From the sequence record SRR22947725_1174: a stretch of DNA of 51,640 nt. One strand, written 5' to 3'. Under the pieces are notes generated by a model that was given only the letters and a program-made list of their open reading frames with translations, ran no database searches and was not told the origin of the DNA. Position numbers and translations under genes: made by a program. Position 1 is the first letter of the stretch; each line of letters begins with the position of its first letter. Positions 8,387 through 18,235 of the stretch are shown piece by piece.

Positions 8387-9985
8387 TTAGATTCCAAAAG
8401 ATTCTTCCCATTCCCCATAAACACCCTTCATTAATTCTACAATTTCCCCAACAGTACCGCCATGCTCTGCGACTTCAATCAAATAAGGGACTAAATTTAA
8501 ATTATTTTCGCAAGCATTTCTTAATTTTTTCATTTTTTTATCTAGCGATTTATTATCCCTTTTTTTTCTAAGTTTTTTAACTTTCTTTTCTTGAATTTCT
8601 TGAGCCTGTTGAGATATTTTTAAGATTTCAATTTCAAGTTTTTCATTTTCATCAACAAAATCATTTAATCCAACGATAATTCTTTCTTTTGAGTCAATTG
8701 ATTCTTGATATACAGACGCTGACTCGGAAATTTTCTTTTGAAAATAACCATCTTCAATTGCTGTGATTGTTCCACCAAGATTCTTTATTACTCTAAAATA
8801 TTCATTTGCTTCTTCTTCAATTCTATCAGTTATTTGTTCTACATACCAAGATCCTCCCAGTGGATCTGCTACATTAGGCACACCTGTTTCATGTGCAAGG
8901 ATTTGTTGAGTCCTTAACGCTATTTTTGCAGCTTTCTCTGAAGGCAGTGCTAATGTCTCATCAAGTGAATTTGTATGTAGTGAATTTGTTCCCCCTAGCA
9001 CAGCAGCCATAGCTTCATAGGCGGTTCTAACAATATTATTTTCTGGTTGCTGAGCTGTTAAAGAACATCCAGCTGTTTGCGTGTGAAATTTTAATTTTAG
9101 AGAATTTTCATTTTTAGCACCATATTCATTTTTAAGTTTATTTGCCCAAATTCTTCTTGCTGCTCTATACTTTCCTATCTCTTCAAAAAAATCCATATGT
9201 GAATTAAAAAAGAATGATAATCTATGTGCAAAGTCATCGATTTTTAAACCTCTCTTTAGAGAAGCTTCTATATAAGTAAATCCGCTATTAAGCGTAAATG
9301 CTAATTCCTGCGCGGCAGTTGAACCAGCTTCTCTTATATGATATCCACTCACTGATACTGGACTATAAAATGGCATGTTCTCAGAGCAAAACTCAATAAC
9401 ATCTACTACTAATTTTATTGATGGTTTTGGAGGAAAGATAAATTCTTTCTGTGCTATGTATTCTTTAACAGCATCATTCTGTAATGTTCCTCTTAAGTGG
9501 CTAATATCAATACCATTTTTCTTTGCTAAGGCTACATAGAAAGCGAATAAGATAATTGCAGGGCCATTAATAGTTTGAGATACAGAAATTTTTTCTAAAT
9601 CTATGTCCTTAAATAAAATTTCCATATCATCCAAAGAAGCTACATTAACACCGCAAACACCTACTTCTCCAGATGAAAGTTCATGATCAGGGTCATAACC
9701 CATAAGTGTTGGCATATCATAAGCAACAGAAAGTCCTGTCTGGCCATTTTTTAATAAATATTTATATCTTTCATTTGTTTTTTCTGGAGTACTGAAACCG
9801 GAAAATTGTCTCATAGTCCATAATTTTCCTCTATACATATTTTTATGAATACCTCGAGTATATGGAAAAGTGCCAGGATCTATACTATACTTATTATCTT
9901 TTGTATTAGAAGAATAGTACTCTTTTAGTTTATTGCCACTCAAACTATCAAAATTCTTTTCTCTATCTAGTTTTTTTTTACTCAT
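8387..9985 (-). CDS. icmA: B12-dependent acyl-CoA mutase large (substrate-binding) subunit, isobutyryl-CoA mutase (IcmA)-like
   Basis: PGTFPYTRG, WTMRQFSGF, KEYIAQKEF, SGYHIREAG, GGTNSLHTN, DPLGGS; no C-terminal DxHxxG B12-binding domain. F and Q sit at the positions that are Y and R in methylmalonyl-CoA mutase. Confidence 0.8.
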   Translation of the reverse strand: MSKKKLDREKNFDSLSGNKLKEYYSSNTKDNKYSIDPGTFPYTRGIHKNMYRGKLWTMRQFSGFSTPEKTNERYKYLLKNGQTGLSVAYDMPTLMGYDPDHELSSGEVGVCGVNVASLDDMEILFKDIDLEKISVSQTINGPAIILFAFYVALAKKNGIDISHLRGTLQNDAVKEYIAQKEFIFPPKPSIKLVVDVIEFCSENMPFYSPVSVSGYHIREAGSTAAQELAFTLNSGFTYIEASLKRGLKIDDFAHRLSFFFNSHMDFFEEIGKYRAARRIWANKLKNEYGAKNENSLKLKFHTQTAGCSLTAQQPENNIVRTAYEAMAAVLGGTNSLHTNSLDETLALPSEKAAKIALRTQQILAHETGVPNVADPLGGSWYVEQITDRIEEEANEYFRVIKNLGGTITAIEDGYFQKKISESASVYQESIDSKERIIVGLNDFVDENEKLEIEILKISQQAQEIQEKKVKKLRKKRDNKSLDKKMKKLRNACENNLNLVPYLIEVAEHGGTVGEIVELMKGVYGEWEESFGI

Positions 9986-9987
9986 AG

Positions 9988-11850
9988 TTACCTATCAAAA
10001 AATTTAACAATTTTTTCGTATAATGCCTTACTATCTAAGCCTACTTCTTCTAATAATATATTTCTTGGTCCATGATCTACAAAATCATTCGGAAGCCCTA
10101 TGTTTAAAATGTCATTTTTAAGTTTTTTACTAGAACTCCATGCTGCAATGCTTTCTCCAAAGCCTCCATCTAAAACACCTTCTTCTATAGTAACAATCTT
10201 AGAAAATTTCGAACAATTATTTTCCAAGTATTCTAAGTCCATTGGTTTAATAAATCTACAATTAACAACTTCTGATTTAATATCTCTTTCTTTTAAATTC
10301 TTTACAATATCCATACTTCTCTTTACCATCGATCCAACTGCTAAGATTAAGATATCATCTCCCTTATTAATCACTTCCCATGATCCAATTTTTATGATAT
10401 TAGAATTAGTATTATCAAAATCTATAGATGACTCTTTTGGATATCTGATGCTAAAAGGTCCATCAACATGATTGGTTGCTGTAAATAGTAAATCTTGTAA
10501 TTCATTTCCATCTTTTGGTGCAGTAACAACCATTCCCTGTATGCATTTCATATATGCAATATCTAATACTCCATGGTGAGTAGCTCCATCTTCACCTACC
10601 AGACCTGATCTATCTAAACAAAAAATTACAGGTAATTTTTGTAATGCAATATCATGGATAATTTGATCATACCCTCTTTGTAAAAAAGTAGAATAAATTG
10701 CTACGATTGGAATTTTACCATTTACTGCTAATCCTCCAGAAAATGTTACGCCATGCGCTTCTGCTATACCTACATCAAAATACCTATCAGGAAATTCTTT
10801 TGCAAAATTCACTAGCCCTGTACCTTCTCGCATTGCAGCGGTAATAGCAACAATATTCTTATTCTCTTTTGCTAGATTGCACGAAACTTCTGCAAAAACA
10901 TTCTGAAAAATAGGTGCTTCACTATTTTTCTTAATAGGATTATCTTTCTTTTCTTTTACTCCATGATATTTAACGGGATCATGTTCAGCGTAATCTAACC
11001 CTTTGCCCTTTTTTGTAATAGTGTGTAGCACTACTGGAGTATTTAATTCTTTTATATTTTCTAGCGTTGTAACTAACTCACTTATATTATGTCCATCAAT
11101 AGGGCCAAAATATCTAAAGCCTAGATCTTCAAATATTGTAGTTGGTAAAAAGAAATTTTTCGCACTTGATTCTATCTTTTTTAATAAAGTCTCAACAAAT
11201 TTAAGACGCTTTGGTAATCTAGTAATTAACCTTCCAATCTTGCCTCTCACATAGTTATATGATTTGTTAGTAGCAATTTTAACTAAATAATTTCTAAATG
11301 CTCCTATATTAGGACTAATTGACATATCATTATCATTCACAATAACCAATAATTGCTTGTTGAGATGTCCTGCATTATTTAGTGCTTCAAATGCCAGACC
11401 TCCAGTTAATGCCCCATCACCTATAATGCTTACTACTTTAAATTTTTCATTATCTAAATCTCTTGCACATGCCATTCCAAGTCCGGCAGAAATAGAAGTT
11501 GATGCATGACCCGCCCCAAATACATCATACTCACTTTCAGTTCTTTTTAAAAACCCACTTAATCCTTTATATTTTCTGATAGTTTTAAAAGAGTCAAATC
11601 TTCCAGTTAATACTTTATGTGCATAGGCTTGATGTCCTGTATCCCAAATAAGCTTATCTTCAGGTGTATTATAAACATAGTGAAGAGCAGTTGTCAGCTC
11701 AATAGCGCCTAAAGTTGGAGCTAAATGACCACCTATTTCATTAATAGTTGATATAATATACTCTCTCAATTCATCACAAATAAATTCTAACTCTTCTGGA
11801 GAGTATGACTTTAAATCTGATGGCGATTTAATATTGTTTAAATATTTCAT
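9988..11850 (-). CDS. dxs: 1-deoxy-D-xylulose-5-phosphate synthase
   Basis: GGHLAP, WDTGHQAYAHK, GAGHASTS, GDGALTGG, YSTFLQRGYDQ, DRSGLVGEDGATHHG. Confidence 0.97.
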   Translation of the reverse strand: MKYLNNIKSPSDLKSYSPEELEFICDELREYIISTINEIGGHLAPTLGAIELTTALHYVYNTPEDKLIWDTGHQAYAHKVLTGRFDSFKTIRKYKGLSGFLKRTESEYDVFGAGHASTSISAGLGMACARDLDNEKFKVVSIIGDGALTGGLAFEALNNAGHLNKQLLVIVNDNDMSISPNIGAFRNYLVKIATNKSYNYVRGKIGRLITRLPKRLKFVETLLKKIESSAKNFFLPTTIFEDLGFRYFGPIDGHNISELVTTLENIKELNTPVVLHTITKKGKGLDYAEHDPVKYHGVKEKKDNPIKKNSEAPIFQNVFAEVSCNLAKENKNIVAITAAMREGTGLVNFAKEFPDRYFDVGIAEAHGVTFSGGLAVNGKIPIVAIYSTFLQRGYDQIIHDIALQKLPVIFCLDRSGLVGEDGATHHGVLDIAYMKCIQGMVVTAPKDGNELQDLLFTATNHVDGPFSIRYPKESSIDFDNTNSNIIKIGSWEVINKGDDILILAVGSMVKRSMDIVKNLKERDIKSEVVNCRFIKPMDLEYLENNCSKFSKIVTIEEGVLDGGFGESIAAWSSSKKLKNDILNIGLPNDFVDHGPRNILLEEVGLDSKALYEKIVKFFDR

Positions 11851-11852
11851 AT

Positions 11853-12416
11853 TTATCTTTTAAAACAAATCTCATGCAATAATGTTTCATGTTTTAATTC
11901 AGGATGGCAAGTAATTGCTATATGCATACCTTCTCTTACTCCAACAATTTCATTATCGTGTTTACAAATTATTTTGACATTCTTTCCCATGCTAGTGATT
12001 TTAGGAGCTCTAATAAATGATGCTTTCATTGATTTGGATTTAATATTTTTATGTACCAAATTAATTGAATCATCAAAAGAGTGAACTTGCCTTCCATATG
12101 CATTTCTACTTACTTCAATATCAATAATATTCATATTTAAGACTTTTTTGTCAAAACTATTTTTTGACATCAGTATTAACCCTGCACATGTACCAAGAAT
12201 AGGCTTATCAATGGATAAAGATTTGATTCCATCAATAAAACTTTGGTCTCTTAACAAGAGGTTTGACATAGTTGTTGATTCTCCGCCAGGAATAATTAAT
12301 CCATTAATACCGGATAAATCTTCTAAGGTCTTAACTAATTTTGAACTAATTCCAATTTGATTCAAAATATGAATGTGGGATGCAAAATTACCTTGTAAAG
12401 CTAAAACTCCAACCAC
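11853..12416 (-). CDS. pdxT: Pyridoxal 5'-phosphate synthase glutaminase subunit
   Basis: GVLALQG, PGGEST, GTCAG, RNAYGRQ, FIRAP, HPE; GTG start. Confidence 0.96.
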   Translation of the reverse strand: MVGVLALQGNFASHIHILNQIGISSKLVKTLEDLSGINGLIIPGGESTTMSNLLLRDQSFIDGIKSLSIDKPILGTCAGLILMSKNSFDKKVLNMNIIDIEVSRNAYGRQVHSFDDSINLVHKNIKSKSMKASFIRAPKITSMGKNVKIICKHDNEIVGVREGMHIAITCHPELKHETLLHEICFKR

Positions 12417-12418
12417 AA

Positions 12419-13294
12419 TTACTCACCTCTTTCTGAAAACCTCTGATCTTCAGGAATGTCCGACATCAGTATTCCTTTCATAGCATCTTTTAAGTTATAT
12501 GATGCACTAAGGACTTTCTTAGCATCAGCAAAATGGGTAACTGATTGAACTATAGCATGTGCTCGTTCTGATGGATCTTCACTTTTAAAAATTCCAGAAC
12601 CAACAAAAACTGTTTCGGCACCTAATTGCATCATCAAACATGCATCTGCTGGAGTTGCTATTCCTCCTGCTGCAAAATTAGGCACTGGTAGCTTTCCATT
12701 TTTTACAACTTCTTCTACAAGCGCTAAGGGGACTCTAAACTCTTTTGCTTTTTCTGATAGGTTTTGATCGTTCAATGCCTTTAACTCTGAAGTAATCATT
12801 TTCATATGTCTAACTGCCTCAACAATATTTCCACTACCCGCTTCTCCTTTAGTGCGAATTAGTGCTGCACCTTCATCTATTCTTCTTAATGCTTCACCAA
12901 GATTTCGCGCTCCACAAACAAATGGAGCTTTAAATGGATGCTTATCGACATGAAAATGTTCGTCAGCCATTGTTAAAACTTCACTTTCGTCAATAAAATC
13001 TACTTCTAAAGCCTGTAAAATTTGAGCTTCTGCAAAGTGACCAATTCTACATTTTGCCATTACTGGTATAGAAACATTATCTTGGATTTCTTTGATCATA
13101 TGAGGATTGCTCATTCTAGCCACACCCCCATCTTTTCTAATATCTGATGGAATTCTTTCTAATGCCATAACTGAAACAGCTCCTGATTCTTCTGCAATTT
13201 TTGCTTGTTCTACATTTGTGACATCCATTATAACACCACCCTTTAACATTTCAGCTAAAGCAACTTTTGTTTTAAAATCGTACTCTTGACTCAT
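12419..13294 (-). CDS. pdxS: Pyridoxal 5'-phosphate synthase lyase subunit
   Basis: [44 protein letters not shown]. Confidence 0.98.
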   Translation of the reverse strand: MSQEYDFKTKVALAEMLKGGVIMDVTNVEQAKIAEESGAVSVMALERIPSDIRKDGGVARMSNPHMIKEIQDNVSIPVMAKCRIGHFAEAQILQALEVDFIDESEVLTMADEHFHVDKHPFKAPFVCGARNLGEALRRIDEGAALIRTKGEAGSGNIVEAVRHMKMITSELKALNDQNLSEKAKEFRVPLALVEEVVKNGKLPVPNFAAGGIATPADACLMMQLGAETVFVGSGIFKSEDPSERAHAIVQSVTHFADAKKVLSASYNLKDAMKGILMSDIPEDQRFSERGE

Positions 13295-14153
13295 GAATGA
13301 TTTCCTTCTCTTTTGTATTTGTTAATTCTTTGACTTTTTTTATTACTGAGTCGATAATCCAATCAGGTGTTGATGCCCCCGCAGAAATACCAACTGAATT
13401 TATATCATTTTTAAACCAAGATAAATCAATTTCTGTAGCATTTGTAACTTGATAAGTGTTTTTATTTCGCTCAAGGCTTAACTCAGTCAATCTTTTAGAA
13501 TTTGCACTTGTAAATGATCCAATAATAAGCATCATATCTGTTATCACTGACAGTTCTTTGATTTGTTGATGATTTCTTTTAGTAGGAAAACAAATAGTAT
13601 TTATAAATCTTAAATCGACAACTTTTGTCATTAGAATATTAATAATATCTTGAACATTTTCTATTGCTTGAGTTGATTGACTGACTATTCCAGCTTTTTT
13701 GGTTTTTCTTAACTTTTGTGCCTCTTCGATAGATGCTATAATTATAGCCCCTTCAACTTGACTAGCAATACCTATTACCTCGTCATGTCCATGATCACCA
13801 ATGATAATGATTTTTCTTCCCTCTGCATGTAATTCTTTTACTTCTCTATGAATATCGTGTACCAATGGACATGTAGCATCAATAAAATTCATTTTCTTAT
13901 CTTCTGCTTTTTCCCACACATCTTTTGATGTGCCGTGAGCACGGAATAAAACCGGTTTGTCTTCTGGAATCTCTTCTAATTTTTCTACAACTTTAACACC
14001 TTTTTTTTCTAAATCCTCTACAACGTTTTCATTATGTACGATATCTCCTAGCATATAGACTTCTCCATGCTCTTTGCTAGCGTCGTATGCTGCATTTACT
14101 GCATCACGAACTCCAAAACAGTAACCTGCTGATTTAGCTAATATTATTTTCAT
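13272..14153 (-). CDS. ispH: 4-hydroxy-3-methylbut-2-enyl diphosphate reductase
   Basis: [42 protein letters not shown]. Confidence 0.97.
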   Translation of the reverse strand: MKIILAKSAGYCFGVRDAVNAAYDASKEHGEVYMLGDIVHNENVVEDLEKKGVKVVEKLEEIPEDKPVLFRAHGTSKDVWEKAEDKKMNFIDATCPLVHDIHREVKELHAEGRKIIIIGDHGHDEVIGIASQVEGAIIIASIEEAQKLRKTKKAGIVSQSTQAIENVQDIINILMTKVVDLRFINTICFPTKRNHQQIKELSVITDMMLIIGSFTSANSKRLTELSLERNKNTYQVTNATEIDLSWFKNDINSVGISAGASTPDWIIDSVIKKVKELTNTKEKEIIHESRVRF

Positions 14154-15135
14154 CGTATTTATTTATATAAGTTGATAACATATTCAAAACATTTGATTTC
14201 ACTTGAGAAAATTCACCTTCAACCAGAGCTGCTGCTGCGAATGGATGTCCGCCGCCACCCATTTTTTTAGCAATCTCACTTACTTTGTATTTTCCTTTTG
14301 ACCTAAAACTTAATCTGACTTTTCCTTTTAGATCATAAAGCATCATGGACACTTCTACCCCCTTAATACTTCTAAAGAAATCTGCAAATCCATCAAAATC
14401 TTGATTTGATCCATTGACCTCTTTTACCATATCTTCATTAATAGCAAACCATGCTAGCTGGCCATTACAGTCAAAGTTTAAATTCTGAATTACATTACCT
14501 AGTAGTTTAATTCGACTAACAGATGAGCTTTCATAAATTTTTTGGTAGATTTTTGCGATATCTAATTCAAGATTAATTGCGTCAACAGCAATCTTGTGGC
14601 TCATCTCTGTTGTGTTACTATGTCTAAAAGAGCCTGTATCGGTAAGTACAGCTATATAGAGGCCTAATATTATATCTTTATCTATTGTAGTTTTATCAAT
14701 ATCACAAAAATATGAATACAATATCTCTCCAACAGAACAAGCTTCTAAATCAATAAAAGTATTTGTAAAAAAATCATTATCAGATTGCGGATGATGATCT
14801 ATACTTACAGTCTCAATAGAATGATCCTCAATAATATATGCTATATCTCCTAGTCGATAGAAATCTCCAATATCTAAAATGATACCTAAATCAGCATTTT
14901 TAATAAATCCCGAACTGTCGCCATCTAGCTCATGAAAAATTTTATCTTCATTTAAAAAACTATATGTCTCAGGAACAGGAGAGTGGTTGATAATTCTACA
15001 GTCTTTTCCAAGTTTAGTTAAGTAATGATAGACTGCGAGGGCAGATCCTAAGCTATCTCCATCCGGATTAATATGTGAGGATATAAATATTTTATTTTTT
15101 TCAGCGATGATTGACTGAATCTTTTTATAGTCCAT
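14134..15135 (-). CDS. nrnA: DHH/DHHA1 phosphoesterase (NrnA-like oligoribonuclease/pAp phosphatase)
   Basis: HINPDGDSLGS, IDHH, TDTGSF, SFRS, GGGGHPFAAA. Confidence 0.9.
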   Translation of the reverse strand: MDYKKIQSIIAEKNKIFISSHINPDGDSLGSALAVYHYLTKLGKDCRIINHSPVPETYSFLNEDKIFHELDGDSSGFIKNADLGIILDIGDFYRLGDIAYIIEDHSIETVSIDHHPQSDNDFFTNTFIDLEACSVGEILYSYFCDIDKTTIDKDIILGLYIAVLTDTGSFRHSNTTEMSHKIAVDAINLELDIAKIYQKIYESSSVSRIKLLGNVIQNLNFDCNGQLAWFAINEDMVKEVNGSNQDFDGFADFFRSIKGVEVSMMLYDLKGKVRLSFRSKGKYKVSEIAKKMGGGGHPFAAAALVEGEFSQVKSNVLNMLSTYINKYDENNIS

Positions 15136-15140
15136 AAGAA

Positions 15141-15680
15141 TTACCTCTTCCAGGTATTTTCAGAGATATTTTCACTTTTGTTATAAAATCTTGAAAGAAC
15201 AAAAAAGTAATCAGATAATCTATTCAAATACATCACAACATTATTGTTTTCTAAGCTATCAGAATATAGTTCAACAACTGCTCTTTCTGCTCTTCTCGTA
15301 ACTGACCTTGCAACATGAAGATTTGCTGAAAAAAGGTCACCTCCTGGTAGAATAAATTCCTTTAATGGATCTAAAGATGAATTATATTGGTCAATATAAT
15401 TATCTAAGGATGTAATAGACTCGCTTGTAATAATATTTGCACCACCTTCATTCAAAGATATTTGACCACCAATATCAAATAGATCATTTTGAATAAGCTT
15501 TAATTGATCAACAATAGAAGAGTTCTTACAAGTAGTATTACATACTCCGATGACACTACTCAATTCATCAATATCGCCTAGTGCGTGAATGATAGCATCA
15601 TTTTTATAAACTGACCCACCACGAGCTAATCCAGTTTTACCGCTATCTCCATTTCTAGTTGTTACCTTGGTTATCCTCAT
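15141..15680 (-). CDS. pduO: ATP:cob(I)alamin adenosyltransferase, PduO type
   Basis: TRNGDSGKT, GDIDELSS, QNDLFDIG, FILPGG, ARSVTRRAER, YLNRLSD. Start moved to ATG 15680, which overlaps the nhaD stop (TAATG). Confidence 0.93.
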   Translation of the reverse strand: MRITKVTTRNGDSGKTGLARGGSVYKNDAIIHALGDIDELSSVIGVCNTTCKNSSIVDQLKLIQNDLFDIGGQISLNEGGANIITSESITSLDNYIDQYNSSLDPLKEFILPGGDLFSANLHVARSVTRRAERAVVELYSDSLENNNVVMYLNRLSDYFFVLSRFYNKSENISENTWKR

Positions 15681-16993
15681 TAAAGAAGTCCTGAAAGCCA
15701 CAAATGAGTAAGAATACTCATCACATATCCTATAAAAATAACACCAGTCCATCTTAAGTGACTTGAAAAAGTATATATTCCCTTAGCCTGTCCCATCAAA
15801 GCAACACCTGGGGCAGATCCAATAGAAAGCAAACTACCTCCAACTCCTGCAGTTAGAGTAATAAGAAGCCATTGATTTAAGTCCATTGTTGTAGTATCGT
15901 GCATCTGAATTACTGAGAACATCACAGGTATATTATCTATCAATGCAGATATAATTCCCATCAATGAATTAGCGACAGTAAATCCAAGACCATCATATAA
16001 GGTAGTGTTCAATAAAGCAAGGTAACCGATTTTAGATAATCCAGCTACACACATGATAACTCCGTAAAAAAATAAAAGAGTATCCCATTCAGCTTGCGCA
16101 ATTTGTTTAAATATTCCAAAAGGTTGGTCAGAGCCATCTCTATTTATTTTACTTTGAGCTGAATATGATCTTTTAAGATAATATCCATAAAGTTGTAGAA
16201 AACTTAAACCAAACATCATTCCAAAAACTGGTGGAAGATTTAAAAAATTCTTGAATGAAATTGCCATCAAAATAGTAACTAAAAACAATAAACTAATTTG
16301 GATTGCCCCTTGCTTTAAAATAACTGGTGGATTTTCTACATCATCAGCAGAACCAGTTATAAAAAAGCTCATTATGAATGACGGTATAATGAAGTTTACT
16401 AAAGAAGGCAAAAATAGTTGAAAAAATTCAGTGAATTCTACATAACCAGCTTGCCAGACCATTAAAGTCGTTATATCACCAAATGGACTAAATGCACCTC
16501 CAGCATTAGCAGCTACAACGATATTCACACAACTTATACTAGTAAAATTCTTATTACCTTTTCCAACAGCTAAAACTACAGCACACATAGTAAGAGCGGT
16601 TGTAAGATTATCGGCAATGGGAGATAAAAAGAAGGATATAAAACCAGTAATCCAAAATAACTTTTTATATGAAAAATTTTGATCAAGAAGAATGGAACGT
16701 AATTTTTCAAAAACATTTCTTTCAGACATGGAATTGATATAAGTCATTGCAACAAGAAGAAATAACATTAACTGATTAAACTCGTCAAAAGCATGCATAA
16801 TTTCTTTTTTTACAGCATATGAATCTCCAGTTTGAGCACCCACCCAAGCAATCATTGCCCAAATTAAACCTGCTGCAAAGAGAACCGGTTTAGATTTTCT
16901 TAAATGAGTGACTTCTTCTGTCATCACAAAAGCATACGCAATAATAAATAATATTATTGAAATAATTCCTACTGGATGATTTAATAATTCCAT
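15680..16993 (-). CDS. nhaD: Na+/H+ antiporter, NhaD family
   Basis: LRKSKP, FLLVAMTYIN, SPIADNLTT, AANAGGAFSPFGDITT, IDNIP, GGSLLSIGSA. Confidence 0.92.
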   Translation of the reverse strand: MELLNHPVGIISIILFIIAYAFVMTEEVTHLRKSKPVLFAAGLIWAMIAWVGAQTGDSYAVKKEIMHAFDEFNQLMLFLLVAMTYINSMSERNVFEKLRSILLDQNFSYKKLFWITGFISFFLSPIADNLTTALTMCAVVLAVGKGNKNFTSISCVNIVVAANAGGAFSPFGDITTLMVWQAGYVEFTEFFQLFLPSLVNFIIPSFIMSFFITGSADDVENPPVILKQGAIQISLLFLVTILMAISFKNFLNLPPVFGMMFGLSFLQLYGYYLKRSYSAQSKINRDGSDQPFGIFKQIAQAEWDTLLFFYGVIMCVAGLSKIGYLALLNTTLYDGLGFTVANSLMGIISALIDNIPVMFSVIQMHDTTTMDLNQWLLITLTAGVGGSLLSIGSAPGVALMGQAKGIYTFSSHLRWTGVIFIGYVMSILTHLWLSGLL

Positions 16994-17063
16994 AAGTGCG
17001 AATTTAAATCAAATCATTTTAAAAAATGACGAAAATCGAATAAATATTATTTAAATTAATAGT

Positions 17064-17225
17064 ATGGAATATCTATTAGTTATTACAATATTTGCACTGA
17101 GTGCTTTAATAATGAATATTGGGTTAATTTTTAAAAATAAACCTCTTAAAAAGGCATGTGGAGATTCTCCGGATGGATGTGAAATTTGTGGCGGCGAACC
17201 TGATCGCTGTGAAAGTAATATTTAA
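17064..17225 (+). CDS. nqrM: Na+-NQR maturation factor NqrM (DUF539)-like, 53 aa (not in ORF track)
   Basis: MEYLLVITIFALSALIMNIGLIFKNKPLKKACGDSPDGCEICGGEPDRCESNI*: one TM helix plus a four-Cys tail; adjacent to apbE. Confidence 0.82.
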   Translation: MEYLLVITIFALSALIMNIGLIFKNKPLKKACGDSPDGCEICGGEPDRCESNI

Positions 17226-18235
17226 TTTGCAGGGAAATCTTGTGAAACTACTTGTTTAAAACTCATATCTGGCTCAACTAAAATCATTAACCCTTCGATA
17301 TCTGTATCTTGAAAAAAACTATTTATGTCACTCATTTCCATCATATAAAGTGCTGTTGCTAAACCGTCTGCTTCCATACATGATGTTTGAGTAAAAATTG
17401 ATATAGATGCTAGCTTGGACATGATAGGATATCCTGTTAATGGATTAATCTCGTGATGATAAAATCTATTATCTTTATCAATATAAAAATTTCTATAATT
17501 ACCTGAAGTTGCAATAGATCCATTTTTAATTGGAGCAATATATTCAATTTCGTTTGATATATTATCTATTGATGGTGTATTAATACCAACTTTCCAAATC
17601 TTTTTATCTGATTTAGATCGAACTTCTCCACCAATTTCTACAAATATATTATCATAGTTTAAACTTTCAATAATCTTATCCACAGCAAAGCCTTTAGCTA
17701 TAGAACTTAAATCAATTTGTACTCTCGAATCTTTTTTCCTGATTCTGCCACTTTCGATCTCAATCAAATCTTGACCTACAAAAGCTAAAACACTATCTAT
17801 GTTAGTTGTGGATGGAGTATCTATAAATTTATCTGGCCCAAATCCCCAAAGGTTAACTAGTGGCATAACAGTGATATCATATAATCCACCTGACATTTTA
17901 TAATACTCAAAAGAAGATTGTACTACAAATGCAAAGTCTTCAGATATGTTCACCCATTCGGTATTTCTCATTCTATTAAATTGTGATATCTCACTCTCAG
18001 GAATATATGTAGACATTTGCATATTGACATTTCTCAATATTTCTTCAATCTTATTTTTATTTTCTTTGATATCGTCATTGTTCTTTATTCCTGTTGTATA
18101 TTTTACTGAATATGTAGTTCCCATTGTCCTTCCTAAAATAGATACAATTTCATCTATATTATTTGTTGAGGGCGAATTACAGCTGAGTATTACAAGGGAA
18201 AGTAAAAAGACTAATTTTCTAGCCGAAGTCATCAT
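17222..18235 (-). CDS. apbE: FAD:protein FMN transferase
   Basis: Lipobox ILSC, GRTMGT, SEISQFN, DLSSIAKG, ATSGNY, ADGLATA; follows nqrF. Confidence 0.95.
   Translation of the reverse strand: MMTSARKLVFLLSLVILSCNSPSTNNIDEIVSILGRTMGTTYSVKYTTGIKNNDDIKENKNKIEEILRNVNMQMSTYIPESEISQFNRMRNTEWVNISEDFAFVVQSSFEYYKMSGGLYDITVMPLVNLWGFGPDKFIDTPSTTNIDSVLAFVGQDLIEIESGRIRKKDSRVQIDLSSIAKGFAVDKIIESLNYDNIFVEIGGEVRSKSDKKIWKVGINTPSIDNISNEIEYIAPIKNGSIATSGNYRNFYIDKDNRFYHHEINPLTGYPIMSKLASISIFTQTSCMEADGLATALYMMEMSDINSFFQDTDIEGLMILVEPDMSFKQVVSQDFPAN

Noticed and set aside
15681..15752. N-terminal extension of PduO in the ORF track
   Set aside because: It overlaps the nhaD coding end. Homology begins at MRITKVTTR (ATG 15680), which forms a TAATG junction.
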